Positions 39,171 through 53,100 of a stretch of DNA of 64,000 bases are shown here, one piece after another. The DNA lies in NCBI GenBank assembly GCA_964247055.1, contig OZ176056.1:1240001-1304000 (forward strand). The letters run 5' to 3'. Made by a program: the position numbers and the translations under genes. The stretch's first letter is position 1. The number at the start of each line of letters is the position of its first letter. Origin of the DNA: Paragordius varius (taxonomy: Eukaryota > Animalia > Nematomorpha). Below the pieces are notes generated by a model. The model saw only the letters and a list, made by a program, of their open reading frames with translations, was not told the origin of the DNA and ran no database searches.

Positions 39171-39617
39171 TTTAAAAAAATATGAGACCTGGTTATTCTA
39201 TAAAAAGTCGATTTTCTTATAAGTTATTATCTTTAATATTTTCAAATTTTCGCTAATTTTTGTATGAAACTTACAGTAATTTAACTTACACAGACAACAT
39301 GCAAAAATTAAAAATAACCATTTCTTTTTTTGTTTTTTTTATTTAACTCTTTGGGTTGTGAAATGGGTATTAGAGATGTAAATTGGTATTATCTTATTTT
39401 TATAATCATGGGAATTATAATTTATGAATAAGTAGAGTAGTCTTTTATAAAATGATTTTTCAATTTTTCCATGTTGTGTTTGTAATATTAATAGTTGTGA
39501 AATAGCTTTTTCTCGTTATTGTACAAAATTATTAAAATATGAGCATATATAATTTAAGCAACAATCATTTTATTAAAGTTAATGTTTTTAAATAATAACA
39601 CACAAATAGAATACATA

Positions 39618-42600
39618 AACCCTACAACCTTCTCTTGTTTTGAAAATCGGTGGGTTCGGTGATGAGTGGTGGTAAAAAACAATAAAACGGTAACCTATTT
39701 AGTCCTTTACAGTAAACTCAAGTTAGCCAAGTCTTTACAATAAACCGTCCGGCAAAATCTGTTTTCAATCAATTCTCAACTCGTTAACAACCAAAACACC
39801 GTCTATCTTGTTACTGAATTGGGGCTTCGGTGATGAGTGGATGTACACAATAATACTTTAATCTGTTTAGTCCTTCATAGTAAACTCAAGGTAGCCAAGT
39901 CTTTACAATAAACCGTCCGGCAAAATCTGTTTTCAATCAATTCTCAACTTGTTAACAACTAAAACACCATCTATCTTGTTACTGAATTGGGGCTTCGGTG
40001 ATGAGTGGATGTACACAATAATACTTTAATCTGTTTAGTCCTTTACAGTAAACTCAAGTTAGCCAAGTCTTTACAATAAACCGTCCGGCGAAATCTGTTT
40101 TCAATCAATTCTCAACTCGTTAACAACCAAAACACCGTCTATCTTGTTACTGAATTGGGGCTTCAGTGATGAGTGGATGTACACAATAATACTTTAATCT
40201 GTTTAGTCCTTTACAGTAAACTCAAGTTAGCCAAGTCTTTACAATAAACCGTCCGGCAAAATCTGTTTTCAATCAATTCTCAACTTGTTAACAACCAAAA
40301 CACCGTCTATCTTGTTACTGAATTGGGGCTTCGGTGATGAGTGGATGTACACAATAATACTTTAATCTGTTTAGTCCTTCATAGTAAACTCAAGTTAGCC
40401 AAGTCTTTACAATAAACCGTCCGGCAAAATCTGTTTTCAATCAATTCTCAACTTGTTAACAACTAAAACACCATCTATCTTGTTACTGAATTGGGGCTTC
40501 GGTGATGAGTGGATGTACACAATAATACTTTAATCTGTTTAGTCCTTTACAGTAAACTCAAGTTAGCCAAGTCTTTACAATAAACCGTCCGGCGAAATCT
40601 GTTTTCAATCAATTCTCAACTCGTTAACAACCAAAACACCGTCTATCTTGTTACTGAATTGGGGCTTCGGTGATGAGTGGATGTACACAATAATACTTTA
40701 ATCTGTTTAGTCCTTTACAGTAAACTCAAGTTAGCCAAGTCTTTACAATAAACCGTCCGGCGAAATCTGTTTTCAATCAATTCTCAACTCGTTAACAACC
40801 AAAACACCGTCTATCTTGTTACTGAATTGGGGCTTCGGTGATGAGTGGATGTACACAATAATACTTTAATCTGTTTACCTTTACAGTAAACTCAAGTCAG
40901 CCAAGTCTTTACAATAAACCGTCCGGCAAAATCTGTTTTAAATCAATTCTCAACTCGTTAACAACCAAAACACCGTCTATCTTGTTACTGAATGGCGGCT
41001 TCGGTGATGAGTGGATGTACACAATAATACTTTAATCTGTTTAGTTCTTTACAGTAAACTCAAGTTAGGAAAGTCTTTACAATAAACCGTCCGGCAAAAT
41101 CTGTTTTCAATCAATTCTCAACTCGTTAACAACTAAAACACCATCTATCTTGTTACTGAATTGGGGCTTCGGTGATGAGTGGATGTACACAATAATACTT
41201 TAATCTGTTTAGTCCTTTACAGTAAACTCAAGTTAGCCAAATCTTACAATAAACCGTCCGGCGAAATCTGTTTTCAATCAATTCTCAACTCGTTAACAAC
41301 CAAAACACCGTCTATCTTGTTACTGAATTGGGGCTTCGGTGATGAGTGGATGTACACAATAATACTTTAATCTGTTTAGTCCTTTACAGTAAACTCAAGT
41401 TAGCCAAGTCTTTACAATAAACCGTCCGGCGAAATCTGTTTTCAATCAATTCTCAACTCGTTAACAACCAAAACACCGTCTATCTTGTTACTGAATTGGG
41501 GCTTCGGTGATGAGTGGATGTACACAATAATACATTAATCTGTTTAGTCCTTTACAGTAAACTCAAGTTAGCCAAATCTTACAATAAACCGTCCGGCAAA
41601 ATCTGTTTTCAATTAATTCTCAACTCGTTAACAACTCAAACACCATCTATCTTGTTACTGAATTGGGGCTTCGGTGATGAGTGGATGTACACAATATTAC
41701 TTTAATCTGTTTAGTCCTTTACAGTAAACTAAGGTTAGCCAAATCTTACAATAAACCGTCCGGCAAAATCTGTTTTCAATCAATTCTCAACTCGTTAACA
41801 ACCAAAACACCATCTATCTTGTTACTGAATTGGGGCTTCGGTGATGAGTGGATGTACACAATAATAATCTGTTTAGTCCTTTACAGTAAACTCAAGTTAG
41901 CCAAGTCTTACAATAAACCGTCCGGCAAAATCTGTTTTCAATCAATTCTCAACTCGTTAACAACCAAAACACCATCTATCTTGTTACTGAATGGCGGCTT
42001 CGGTGATGAGTGGATGTACACAATAATACTTTAATCTGTTTAGTCCTTTACAGTAAACTCAAGTTAGCCAAGTCTTTACAATAAACCGTCCGGCAAAATC
42101 TGTTTTCAATCAATTCTCAACTCGTTAACAACCAAAACACCGTCTATCTTGTTACTGAATTGGGGCTTCGGTGATGAGTGGATGTACACAATAATACTTT
42201 AATCTGTTAAGTCCTTTACAGTAAACTCAAGTTAGCCAAATCTTACAATAAACCGTCCGGCAAAATCTGTTTTCAATCAATTCTCAACTCGTTAACAACC
42301 AAAACACCGTCTATCTTGTTACTGAATTGGGGCTTCGGTGATGAGTGGATGTACACAATAATACTTTAATCTGTTTAGTCCTTTACAGTAGAATCAGGTT
42401 AGCCAAATCTTACAATAAACCGTCCGGCAAAATCTGTTTTCAATCAATTCTCAACTCGTTAACAACCAAAACACCGTCTATCTTGTTACTGAATTAGGGC
42501 TTCGGTGATGAGTGGATGTACACAATAATACTTTAATCTGTTTAGTCCTTTACAGTAGAATCAGGTTAGCCAAATCTTACAATAAACCGTCCGGCAAAAT

Positions 42601-45600
42601 CCGTTTTCAATCAATTCTCAACTCGTTAACAACCAAAACACCGTCTATCTTGTTACTGAATTGGGGCTTCGGTGATGAGTGGATGTACACAATAATACTT
42701 TAATCTGTTTAGTCCTTTACAGTAAACTCAAGTTAGCCAAGTCTTACAATAAACCGTCCGGCAATATCTGTTTTCAATCAATTCTCAACTCGTTAACAAC
42801 CAAAACACCGTCTATCTTGTTACTGAATTGGGGGTTCGGTGATGAGTGGATGTACACAATAATACTTTAATCTGTTTAGTCCTTTACAGTAGAATCAGGT
42901 TAGCCAAATCTTACAATAAACCGTCCGGCAAAATCTGTTTTCAATCAATTCTCAACTCGTTAACAACCAAAACACCGTCTATCTTGTTACTGAATTGGGG
43001 CTTCGGTGATGAGTGGATGTACACAATAATACTTTAATCTGTTTAGTCCTTTACAGTAGAATCAGGTTAGCCAAATCTTACAATAAACCGTCCGGCAAAA
43101 TCTGTTTTCAATCAATTCTCAACTCGTTAACAACCAAAACACCGTCTATCTTGTTACTGAATTGGGGCTTCGGTGATGAGTGGATGTACACAATAATACT
43201 TTAATCTGTTTAGTCCTTTACAGTAGAATCAGGTTAGCCAAATCTTACAATAAACCGTCCGGCAAAATCCGTTTTCAATCAATTCTCAACTCGTTAACAA
43301 CCAAAACACCGTCTATCTTGTTACTGAATTGGGGCTTCGGTGATGAGTGGATGTACACAATAATACTTTAATCTGTTTAGTCCTTTACAGTAAACTCAAG
43401 TTAGCAAAGTCTTACAATAAACCGTCCGGCAATATCTGTTTTCAATCAATTCTCAACTCGTTAACAACCAAAACACCGTCTATCTTGTTACTGAATTGGG
43501 GGTTCGGTGATGAGTGGATGTACACAATAATACTTTAATCTGTTTAGTCCTTTACAGTAGAATCAGGTTAGCCAAATCTTACAATAAACCGTCCGGCAAA
43601 ATCTGTTTTCAATCAATTCTCAACTCGTTAACAACCAAAACACCGTCTATCTTGTTACTGAATTGGGGCTTCGGTGATGAGTGGATGTACACAATAATAC
43701 TTTAATCTGTTTAGTCCTTTACAGTAGAATCAGGTTAGCCAAATCTTACAATAAACCGTCCGGCAAAATCTGTTTTCAATCAATTCTCAACTCGTTAACA
43801 ACCAAAACACCGTCTATCTTGTTACTGAATTGGGGCTTCGGTGATGAGTGGATGTACACAATAATACTTTAATCTGTTTAGTCCTTTACAGTAGAATCAG
43901 GTTAGCCAAATCTTACAATAAACCGTCCGGCAAAATCCGTTTTCAATCAATTCTCAACTCGTTAACAACCAAAACACCGTCTATCTTGTTACTGAATTGG
44001 GGCTTCGGTGATGAGTGGATGTACACAATAATACTTTAATCTGTTTAGTCCTTTACAGTAAACTCAAGTTAGCCAAGTCTTACAATAAACCGTCCGGCAA
44101 TATCTGTTTTCAATCAATTCTCAACTCGTTAACAACCAAAACACCGTCTATCTTGTTACTGAATTGGGGCTTCGGTGATGAGTGGATGTACACAATAATA
44201 CTTTAATCTGTTTAGTCCTTTACAGTAGAATCAGGTTAGCCAAATCTTACAATAAACCGTCCGGCAAAATCTGTTTTCAATCAATTCTCAACTCGTTAAC
44301 AACCAAAACACCGTCTATCTTGTTACTGAATTGGGGGTTCGGTGATGAGTGGATGTACACAATAATAATCTGTTTAGTCCTTTACAGTAAACTCAAGTTA
44401 GCCAAGTCTTACAATAAACCGTCCGGCAATATCTGTTTTCAATCAATTCTCAACTCGTTAACAACTAAAACACCATCTATCTTGTTACTGAATCGCGTTG
44501 TTCTTTGATAAGTGGATGTACACAATAATACATTAATCTGTTTAGTCTTTTACAGTAAACTCAAGTTAGCCAAATCTTACAATAAATCGTCCGGCAAAAT
44601 CTGTTTTCAATTCTCAACTCGTTAACAACTCAAACACCATCTATCTTGTTACTGAATTGGGGCTTCGGTGATGAGTGGATGCAATAATACTTTAATCTGT
44701 TTAGTCCTTTACAGTAGAATCAGGTTAGCCAAATCTTACAATAAACCGTCCGGCAAAATCCGTTTTCAATCAATTCTCAACTCGTTAACAACCAAAACAC
44801 CGTCTATCTTGTTACTGAATTGGGGCTTCGGTGATGAGTGGATGTACACAATAATACTTTAATCTGTTTAGTCCTTTACAGTAAACTCAAGTTAGCCAAG
44901 TCTTACAATAAACCGTCCAGCAATATCTGTTTTCAATTAATTCTCAACTCGTTAACAACTAATACACCATCTATCTTGTTACTGAATCGCGTTGTTCGGT
45001 GATAAGTGGATGTACACAATAATACATTAATCTGTTTAGTCCTTTACAGTAAACTCAAGTTAGCCAAATCTTACAATAAACCGTCCGGCAAAATCTGTTT
45101 TCAATTAATTCTCAACTCGTTAACAACTCAAACACCATCTATCTTGTTACTGAATTGGGGCTTCGGTGATGAGTGGATGTACACAATATTACTTTAATCT
45201 GTTTAGTCCTTTACAGTAAACTAAGGTTAGCCAAATCTTACAATAAACCGTCCGGCAAAATCTGTTTTCAATCAATTCTCAACTCGTTAACAACCAAAAC
45301 ACCATCTATCTTGTTACTGAATTGGGGCTTCGGTGATGAGTGGATGTACACAATAATAATCTGTTTAGTCCTTTACAGTAAACTCAAGTTAGCCAAGTCT
45401 TACAATAAACCGTCCGGCAAAATCTGTTTGCAATCAATTCTCAACTCGTTAACAACCAAAACACCATCTATCTTGTTACTGAATGGCGGCTTCGGTGATG
45501 AGTGGATGTACACAATAATACTTTAATCTGTTTAGTCCTTTACAGTAAACTCAAGTTAGCCAAGTCTTTACAATAAACCGTCCGGCAAAATCTGTTTTCA

Positions 45601-47672
45601 ATCAATTCTCAACTCGTTAACAACCAAAACACCGTCTATCTTGTTACTGAATTGGGGCTTCGGTGATGAGTGGATGTACACAATAATACTTTAATCTGTT
45701 TAGTCCTTCATAGTAAACTCAAGTTAGCCAAGTCTTTACAATAAACCGTCCGGCAAAATCTGTTTTCAATCAATTCTCAACTTGTTAACAACTCAAACAC
45801 CATCTATCTTGTTACTGAATTGGGGCTTCGGTGATGAGTGGATGTACACAATAATACTTTAATCTGTTTAGTCCTTTACAGTAAACTCAAGTTAGCCAAG
45901 TCTTACAATAAACCGTCCGGCAATATCTGTTTTCAATCAATTCTCAACTCGTTAACAACCAAAACACCGTCTATCTTGATACTGAATTGGGGCTTCGGTG
46001 ATGAGTGGATGTACACAATAATATTTTAATCTGTTTAGTCCTTTACAGTAGAATCAGGTTAGCCAAATCTTACAATAAACCGTCCGGCAAAATCTGTTTT
46101 CAATCAATTCTCAACTCGTTAACAACCAAAACACCGTCTATCTTGTTACTGAATTGGGGGTTCGGTGATGAGTGGATGTACACAATAATAATCTGTTTAG
46201 TCCTTTACAGTAAACTCAAGTTAGCCAAGTCTTACAATAAACCGTCCGGCAATATCTGTTTTCAATCAATTCTCAACTCGTTAACAACTAAAACACCATC
46301 TATCTTGTTACTGAATCGCGTTGTTCTTTGATAAGTGGATGTACACAATAATACATTAATCTGTTTAGTCTTTTACAGTAAACTCAAGTTAGCCAAATCT
46401 TACAATAAATCGTCCGGCAAAATCTGTTTTCAATTCTCAACTCGTTAACAACTCAAACACCATCTATCTTGTTACTGAATTGGGGCTTCGGTGATGAGTG
46501 GATGCAATAATACTTTAATCTGTTTAGTCCTTTACAGTAGAATCAGGTTAGCCAAATCTTACAATAAACCGTCCGGCAAAATCTGTTTTCAATTAATTCT
46601 CAACTCGTTAACAACTCAAACACCATCTATCTTGTTACTGAATTGGGGCTTCGGTGATGAGTGGATGTACACAATATTACTTTAATCTGTTTAGCCCTTT
46701 ACAGTAAACTAAGGTTAGCCAAATCTTACAATAAACCGTCCGGCAAAATCTGTTTTCAATCAATTCTCAACTCGTTAACAACCAAAACACCGTCTATCTT
46801 GTTACTGAATTGGGGCTTCGGTGATGAGTGGATGTACACAATAATACTTTAATCTGTTTAGTCCTTTACAGTAGAATCAGGTTAGCCAAATCTTACAATA
46901 AACCGTCCGGCAAAATCCGTTTTCAATCAATTCTCAACTCGTTAACAACCAAAATACCGTCTATCTTGTTACTGAATTGGGGCTTCGGTGATGAGTGGAT
47001 GTACACAATAATACTTTAATCTGTTTAGTCCTTTACAGTAAACTCAAGTTAGCCAAGTCTTACAATAAACCGTCCAGCAATATCTGTTTTCAATCAATTC
47101 TCAACTCGTTAACAACTAATACACCATCTATCTTGTTACTGAATCGCGTTGTTCGGTGATAAGTGGATGTACACAATAATACATTAATCTGTTTAGTCCT
47201 TTACAGTAAACTCAAGTTAGCCAAATCTTACAATAAACCGTCCGGCAAAATCTGTTTTCAATTAATTCTCAACTCGTTAACAACTCAAACACCATCTATC
47301 TTGTTACTGAATTGGGGCTTCGGTGATGAGTGGATGTACACAATAATACTTTAATCTGTTTAGTCCTTTACAGTAAACTCAAGTTAGCCAAATCTTACAA
47401 TAAACCGTCCGGCAAAATCTGTTTTCAATCAATTCTCAACTCGTTAATAACCAAAACACCGTCTATCTTGTTACTGAATTGGGGCTTCGGTGATGAGTGG
47501 ATGTACACAATAATACTTTAATCTGTTTAGTCCTTTACAGTAAACTCAAGTTAGCCAAGTCTTTACAATAAACCGTCCGGCAAAATCTTTTTTCAATCAA
47601 TTCTCAACTCGTTAACAACCAAAACACCATCTATCTTGTTACTGAATTGCGGGCTTAGGTGATGAGTGGATA
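39618..47672 (+). repeat. 167/168-bp tandem satellite array, copy 2 (~48 units, with higher-order structure)
   Basis: Same unit as array 1; variant units recur at a 668-bp period (42512, 43180, 43848). Confidence 0.98.
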
Positions 47673-47880
47673 TAAAAGACTAGTTTTTTATCGATACAAC
47701 AAAAACTAACAGTACCGTATTTTGCTTTTCATATACTCCCAATTTGCCTTTCTCACTCTTATTTTTGTCACATATCTTATTCTCGACTTCTCGAAACAGA
47801 CTACAAATGAATTACAGCCATTTCATTTATTTTGATATCCAATATATTTTAATGTTTTATTAAATAATATATATATAAAC

Positions 47881-48514
47881 CCATAAAAATGGGGTCATAA
47901 CACCTTACAAAATAAAAAATAAATAATTTTAATCGTATATAATATTCAGATATTGTGTGGTTTTTTTATAATATAATTTAGATTATAAAGATCATTTAAT
48001 ACAGACGCAGCGATTCTGTATACTATCTTCAATTTTTTTACCAAATTAAATGTTTTTGGTAAGATTTATTTCAAAAATAAATAAATTTTTAAAAATTAAA
48101 ATTATACAGTAGACAAAACGTTAAAACTAAAACATATAAGTTTTATAGAAGATTACCATATTTCTTAACCAAATGTTATCACCGTTTTGTTTTGCAAAGT
48201 AAGGTATATTGATTTAAGTGATGACACTATCATATTATATACTTAAAAATATTTATTCTAGTTTATTCAGGAATTATCTAGTTTTAAAAGAGTTGGTTAT
48301 CTTTTTAAATTGTCTTTTAATTTTTGAAAATAATTTTTATTGTAAAATCGTAAATAAAAATTTAAATGTGCACCACGGGGGAGGGGGGTAGTTATGTCAA
48401 AAAATACCCAATTATATATATTCTGATAAAAAATGATAAGAATTCTATGTTGCTTTTGTTTTGGGTCTTACCATTAGATTGCGAAAAACGGACGGGTCCT
48501 AAAATGAATGGTTC
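47881..48514 (-). CDS. Candidate small exons of an unresolved minus-strand gene
   Basis: 48514-48472, 48241-48170, 48026-48003 and 47903-47881 are AG..GT bounded and join in frame: EPFILGPVRFSQSNVYNMIVSSLKSIYLTLQNKTVITFDSIQNRCVCVMTPFLW. No start, end or recognisable family. Confidence 0.35.
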
Positions 48515-48761
48515 CTTTAAAATAAATCAAAATGGCAAAATTGCGCGACAAAAATATTGAACACCTATGACATCAAAAAAATTTAATTTAAGAAAAACGT
48601 TTTAAAACAGGGGCTCTTTTTTTATAATTTATATTAAATTTGAGCCCCCTTTCTATTTTGCGGAGGCTCAAAATTATTACCTTTTTTTTATTTTAAATAT
48701 GTAAATAATATTTACCTGATTCTAAATATACTGGCAAAGAATAAAGAGAAAAGTAACTAAA

Positions 48762-49176
48762 ATGAGTGAAGTAGAAATTATCAATCCAGCTAAAAATTTA
48801 ATAATTAATTATCCAAATGATTTGAGTGAATATTTTTTGATTCAAATACTGTCAGTTTCTAATTCTCTAAAGGATAAGATAGCTCAAATTAACAATGCCA
48901 GGCAACTTAGAGCTTATTACCCCAACAGTTTTAGCCAGTTGTGATGAAGTTATAACAGCATTCTTGTTTTTGACTTTACCAGTTACGGTTGCTTCGGCGG
49001 AACGTTCATACTCAAAGTTAAAAATAATTAAAAATTATATTAGATGCACGATGGCTGAAAAAGGGTTAAGCTATTTATTGTTACTAGCAATTGAAGCGGA
49101 GATGGCGGATCAAATGGATAAAAAAGATATAATTAAAAAAATTTGCTTATGCAAAATGGAGAAAACGAAATTTTAA
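48762..49176 (+). mobile_element. hAT transposase C-terminal dimerisation-domain remnant (frameshifted)
   Basis: LTLPVTVASAERSYSKLKIIKNYIRCTM...LLLLAIE matches the hAT dimerisation motif; absent from copy 1. Confidence 0.85.
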
Positions 49177-49420
49177 AACATGATTTTCTGATTAACATAT
49201 ATTCTGAAAAAGTTATTTAATTATAACCTGGAAAAATGAACGTTAATATTAATGAATTGGCGGTGGTTAGGGAGGGCAGGTTGTTACTAACCATCATATA
49301 TAAAAATACCAGGAACGCAAAACATCAGACTCAGGATGCCAAGTCATGTAAATATTATCGTTTTTAAATAATATTTCTTTATGAATCTAAGTGATGCGTG
49401 GATTTCTGTTATCAAAAATA

Positions 49421-49597
49421 AACCATTTTTCACACGGGGTGGGCCCGAACTGGGGGCCTAATTCAAAAAAAGGGCGAAGCTATTGTCGGCGCATTCATTA
49501 ATGATTTTATTTTTTCGACATTTGGATTTGAATGGGTCCACCGGTTTTCCGGAAACACATTACAAAGCCAGCATTTTCCATTTTTATAAATATATAT
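49421..49597 (-). mobile_element. 5' fragment of the Helitron family at 27624
   Basis: Reverse complement of tatatatttataaaaatggaaaatgctggctttgt...cccagttcgggcccaccccgtgtgaaaaa. Confidence 0.85.
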
Positions 49598-50193
49598 ATA
49601 CTCACTACTTGCTTCCTCCCAATATTTATTGCAATATGTAATTAATTATATGGTGGCTGTAATGGTCTTGCGTTTTAACTCTATCAAAAATATTTGACGA
49701 TTTTTTTGAGATGAGCTGACTGCATTCAATTTGAAGGAATCAATTATAAATTAATCCATCCTTTTTGCATTTAAATTCCATAATTAGCGAAACTTAAATA
49801 ACTAATGGCCTAAAAAATTAAAATTAAAATATTACAGGAAAAGTATATATTATACTTATCCTGAAATAATGTGAAAAAAGATGTTTTTTGCTTCAAATTA
49901 TACATTTATTCATTCTAAAAAACTTATATTGTTGCTTAAATACTTGTATTTGGCATGGATTTACAAATCCCTTAATAATTAAAAATGTTCACAAAGTATT
50001 ATTGCAAAATATTTTTAAATCTTAAACGCAATTCAACTTTGTTTTGCTGTTATAACTGAATGTTTGTTAACTTGTTTATATATTACAGTGTAGTTGGAGC
50101 GTACCTTGTACTATGGATATCTGACCTTATAAAATGTTTTTTTAACGTGAATATCCAAATATTATTTTAAAAAGTATTTTATTTAATATTCCG

Positions 50194-53100
50194 ATGATGA
50201 ATGCTATTATGCGAACATTAATTTATAGTTTTATAGCATGTATTCTACTAACTCAAACTACAGGTAATTTGGGCCAATTTGTGGTTTTAGGAAATTTTTT
50301 TGACTGCTTTAAATAGTAAATTATGTCAATTATTAATTTTAAAAATAATTTACACATTCTTTAGATTTTCACAGTAATAGAAACAGTCAGTCACCTATTA
50401 GATACCTTTAACAATAAGACGTCTCTACTTCATATCCGACCAATAACATTTTTAGACTTTAGCTATGAATTTTGAGTTTCTATAAATTGCCAACAATATA
50501 TAAATTTAATATATTATAATACTAAATAAATATAACAAAATCGATTATGTTAAATCAATATTTATATAATACGCCATTATCAGTATTATGACATGACATT
50601 ATGTGATAAATCGCATTCGTAGTATAGCATTTTTAAAGTCGGTTTAAAACTTCAATGAAATGATTAAAAAGAGAAGTGTTTAACATTAGTAACTAACATA
50701 TAATTAGGTATTTGGTAGAAAACTTATATTATAAATAACTTATTTGAGTAAACGAAAAAACATAAACATTTTATCATTGATTAATAGTCATTATATAAAA
50801 TTTATATTAAATGGAAAAAATTTGAAATTATATTTGTTTATTAATTTGCAATATTAACAGTGATTTGATTAGTTCACACCTCTTTACCTTGAGGACAAGT
50901 ATTCGAAAAGCTCTTAAAAATACATTATGAGTCAACTTATTTATTGATTCGTATATTTCTCAATGCTATGGCATTGTTTTTTCGGATATAATAATAATAT
51001 TCAAATTTTATTTAAAAATATATGTAATTTAAGATATTCAAAAACAAAATTTTTTTAGAGTTATACATGATGCTTGGGTGAATTTAAATTTTTGTATTTC
51101 AAAGCCAATCGACCGGTTTTATATATTGATCCGTGCTATACGAATTTTAATAAATTTTTTATAAAACTATATAGCATATCGTAAACAAATTGTATTCGGT
51201 AAAGATATATATACACTTACATATTTTTATGTTTTTTTAATTATGATTTATTAAATTACTTCAGAATATTAATATTTATGATTAACTAATATAAACAAAA
51301 TTTTTTTTATAAAAAAAAGATATATTAGCAAAAGTCAATTGATATTTTTTACATATAGTTAACATTTTATTGTAAATTAGTTATTGAGATCAAAGATGAC
51401 AATTATTCACCTAATACTAATCAATCCAGGACGGACATTGAACAAAGTATACATAAATGCTTTTCTCGAAAAAAACTCTAAATATGCATTGCATTGGTTG
51501 TAGAATTATTTTTAAAATTGGTTCCAAATAAACAATTTTCTGTTTTGGCTGTTCCACAATGAAAAAAAAACTTTTATAGTTTCATTTTAAATGCCATTTC
51601 GCTTTTGATTTTAGTGTCTATGATACACTTGGTGTTTAAAGTCATTGTAAAATCTTGATTTCATATTTTTTAAAACCATTTTTGTAAAGAACCGGACATC
51701 GTATGATTCTAAATCATACATTATAAGAGATTTTTAAAAAGGAAAATGTGAGTTTTTAAACTGTTTATTACCGCGGTTTCCATTACAAAAACAATGCCGT
51801 TTCTATCTATAATAATTTATATATAAATTTATATATTAATTATTAGGAATTTCAGAAAATATTCAAGTTATAATTAAATATTATCCCTTTTTTGTTAGCA
51901 TAATTATATATATTAAGCAATCATTATTTATCTAATTCAAATTTTTGAATTTGCAGAATCTCACTAAAATACCCAACGTGTCGGTTACTGAATTTGCAAT
52001 AAGTAATATATTTTGGAATCAAATATATAATCTTTATATACCATTTACAATTCTAATTCACCCTCGAACAATTTAAATTCACCCTAAAATTAATTAAATG
52101 TTTTTCAAGATTAAACCTTATATTTTTATGTTTTGAAAGAATAAACATTTATTTAAAATTGAAATAATACTGAAAAGTAATAAACTAAGCTAATAAGATA
52201 TATTTCATATTAATAAGGAGTTATATTAGCCCGAAAACACCTAAATTATTTTTAGGGTGATTCTAATTGGTCAGGGGTGAATTTGAATTGTAAATGGTAT
52301 ATGCAATATTTTCATTTGGTTTAAAGTAGAGGTGTCCAACACTTCCGTGATAATTGGTGCGGCACGGGGAAAATTTGGAAATATATTTTTAAAAAATATG
52401 CCTATGAATATAAAATTAATATTTCTTAAAATATTTTCTGTATTATTTTATCCGATAGGCAATAAACTAGAAATTGATGTATATTGTTGGAATTTTTATT
52501 TTTTTATGTTTGAATAATAATATATACCATTTATAATTCAAATTTCCCCTCTCACTCAAATTCACCCTAACAATTCAAATTCACCCTAATTAATTATGTT
52601 TTTTCGGGATAATATAATTCATTAATAAGGAATATATTCTTATGGCATACATTAATTTATTATTTTTTCAGCATTATATTAATTTTAAACGGAAGATATT
52701 TTTAAAATAATATAAAAAGGTAATTTTTAATTTTAAAACATAATTTATTTTAGGTTGAATTTAAACTGTAAATGCTATATTTAGCTTATATATACTTCAA
52801 ATGCGGCCCGCCGATTTTTTGATTCAAAAATCCCCGAATCTATTTTATGTTCTTGTTTTAAAGGTTAAAATTAAATATTTAATATGATACTAACTTATTT
52901 TAAGTGATACACTGATTAATTAGAGCTCCATATTAGATAAATATTGGTTTGACCGATTAAAAATAACGGTTTTAATGTTTATAAATGCAATTCCCGCTTT
53001 AATAATATGAACATATAAATGCGGCTTAAAAAGTAAAAATTCAATTTTTACCAAATATATTACTAAAAATACTTATTTGGTCAAATTATGCTTACCATAG

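Noticed and set aside
8082-47521. Dozens of 63-aa ORFs (MDVHNNTLICLVLYSK...)
   Set aside because: By-product of stop-free frames in the 167-bp units; they overlap each other, vanish in 168-bp units, and variants show no codon bias
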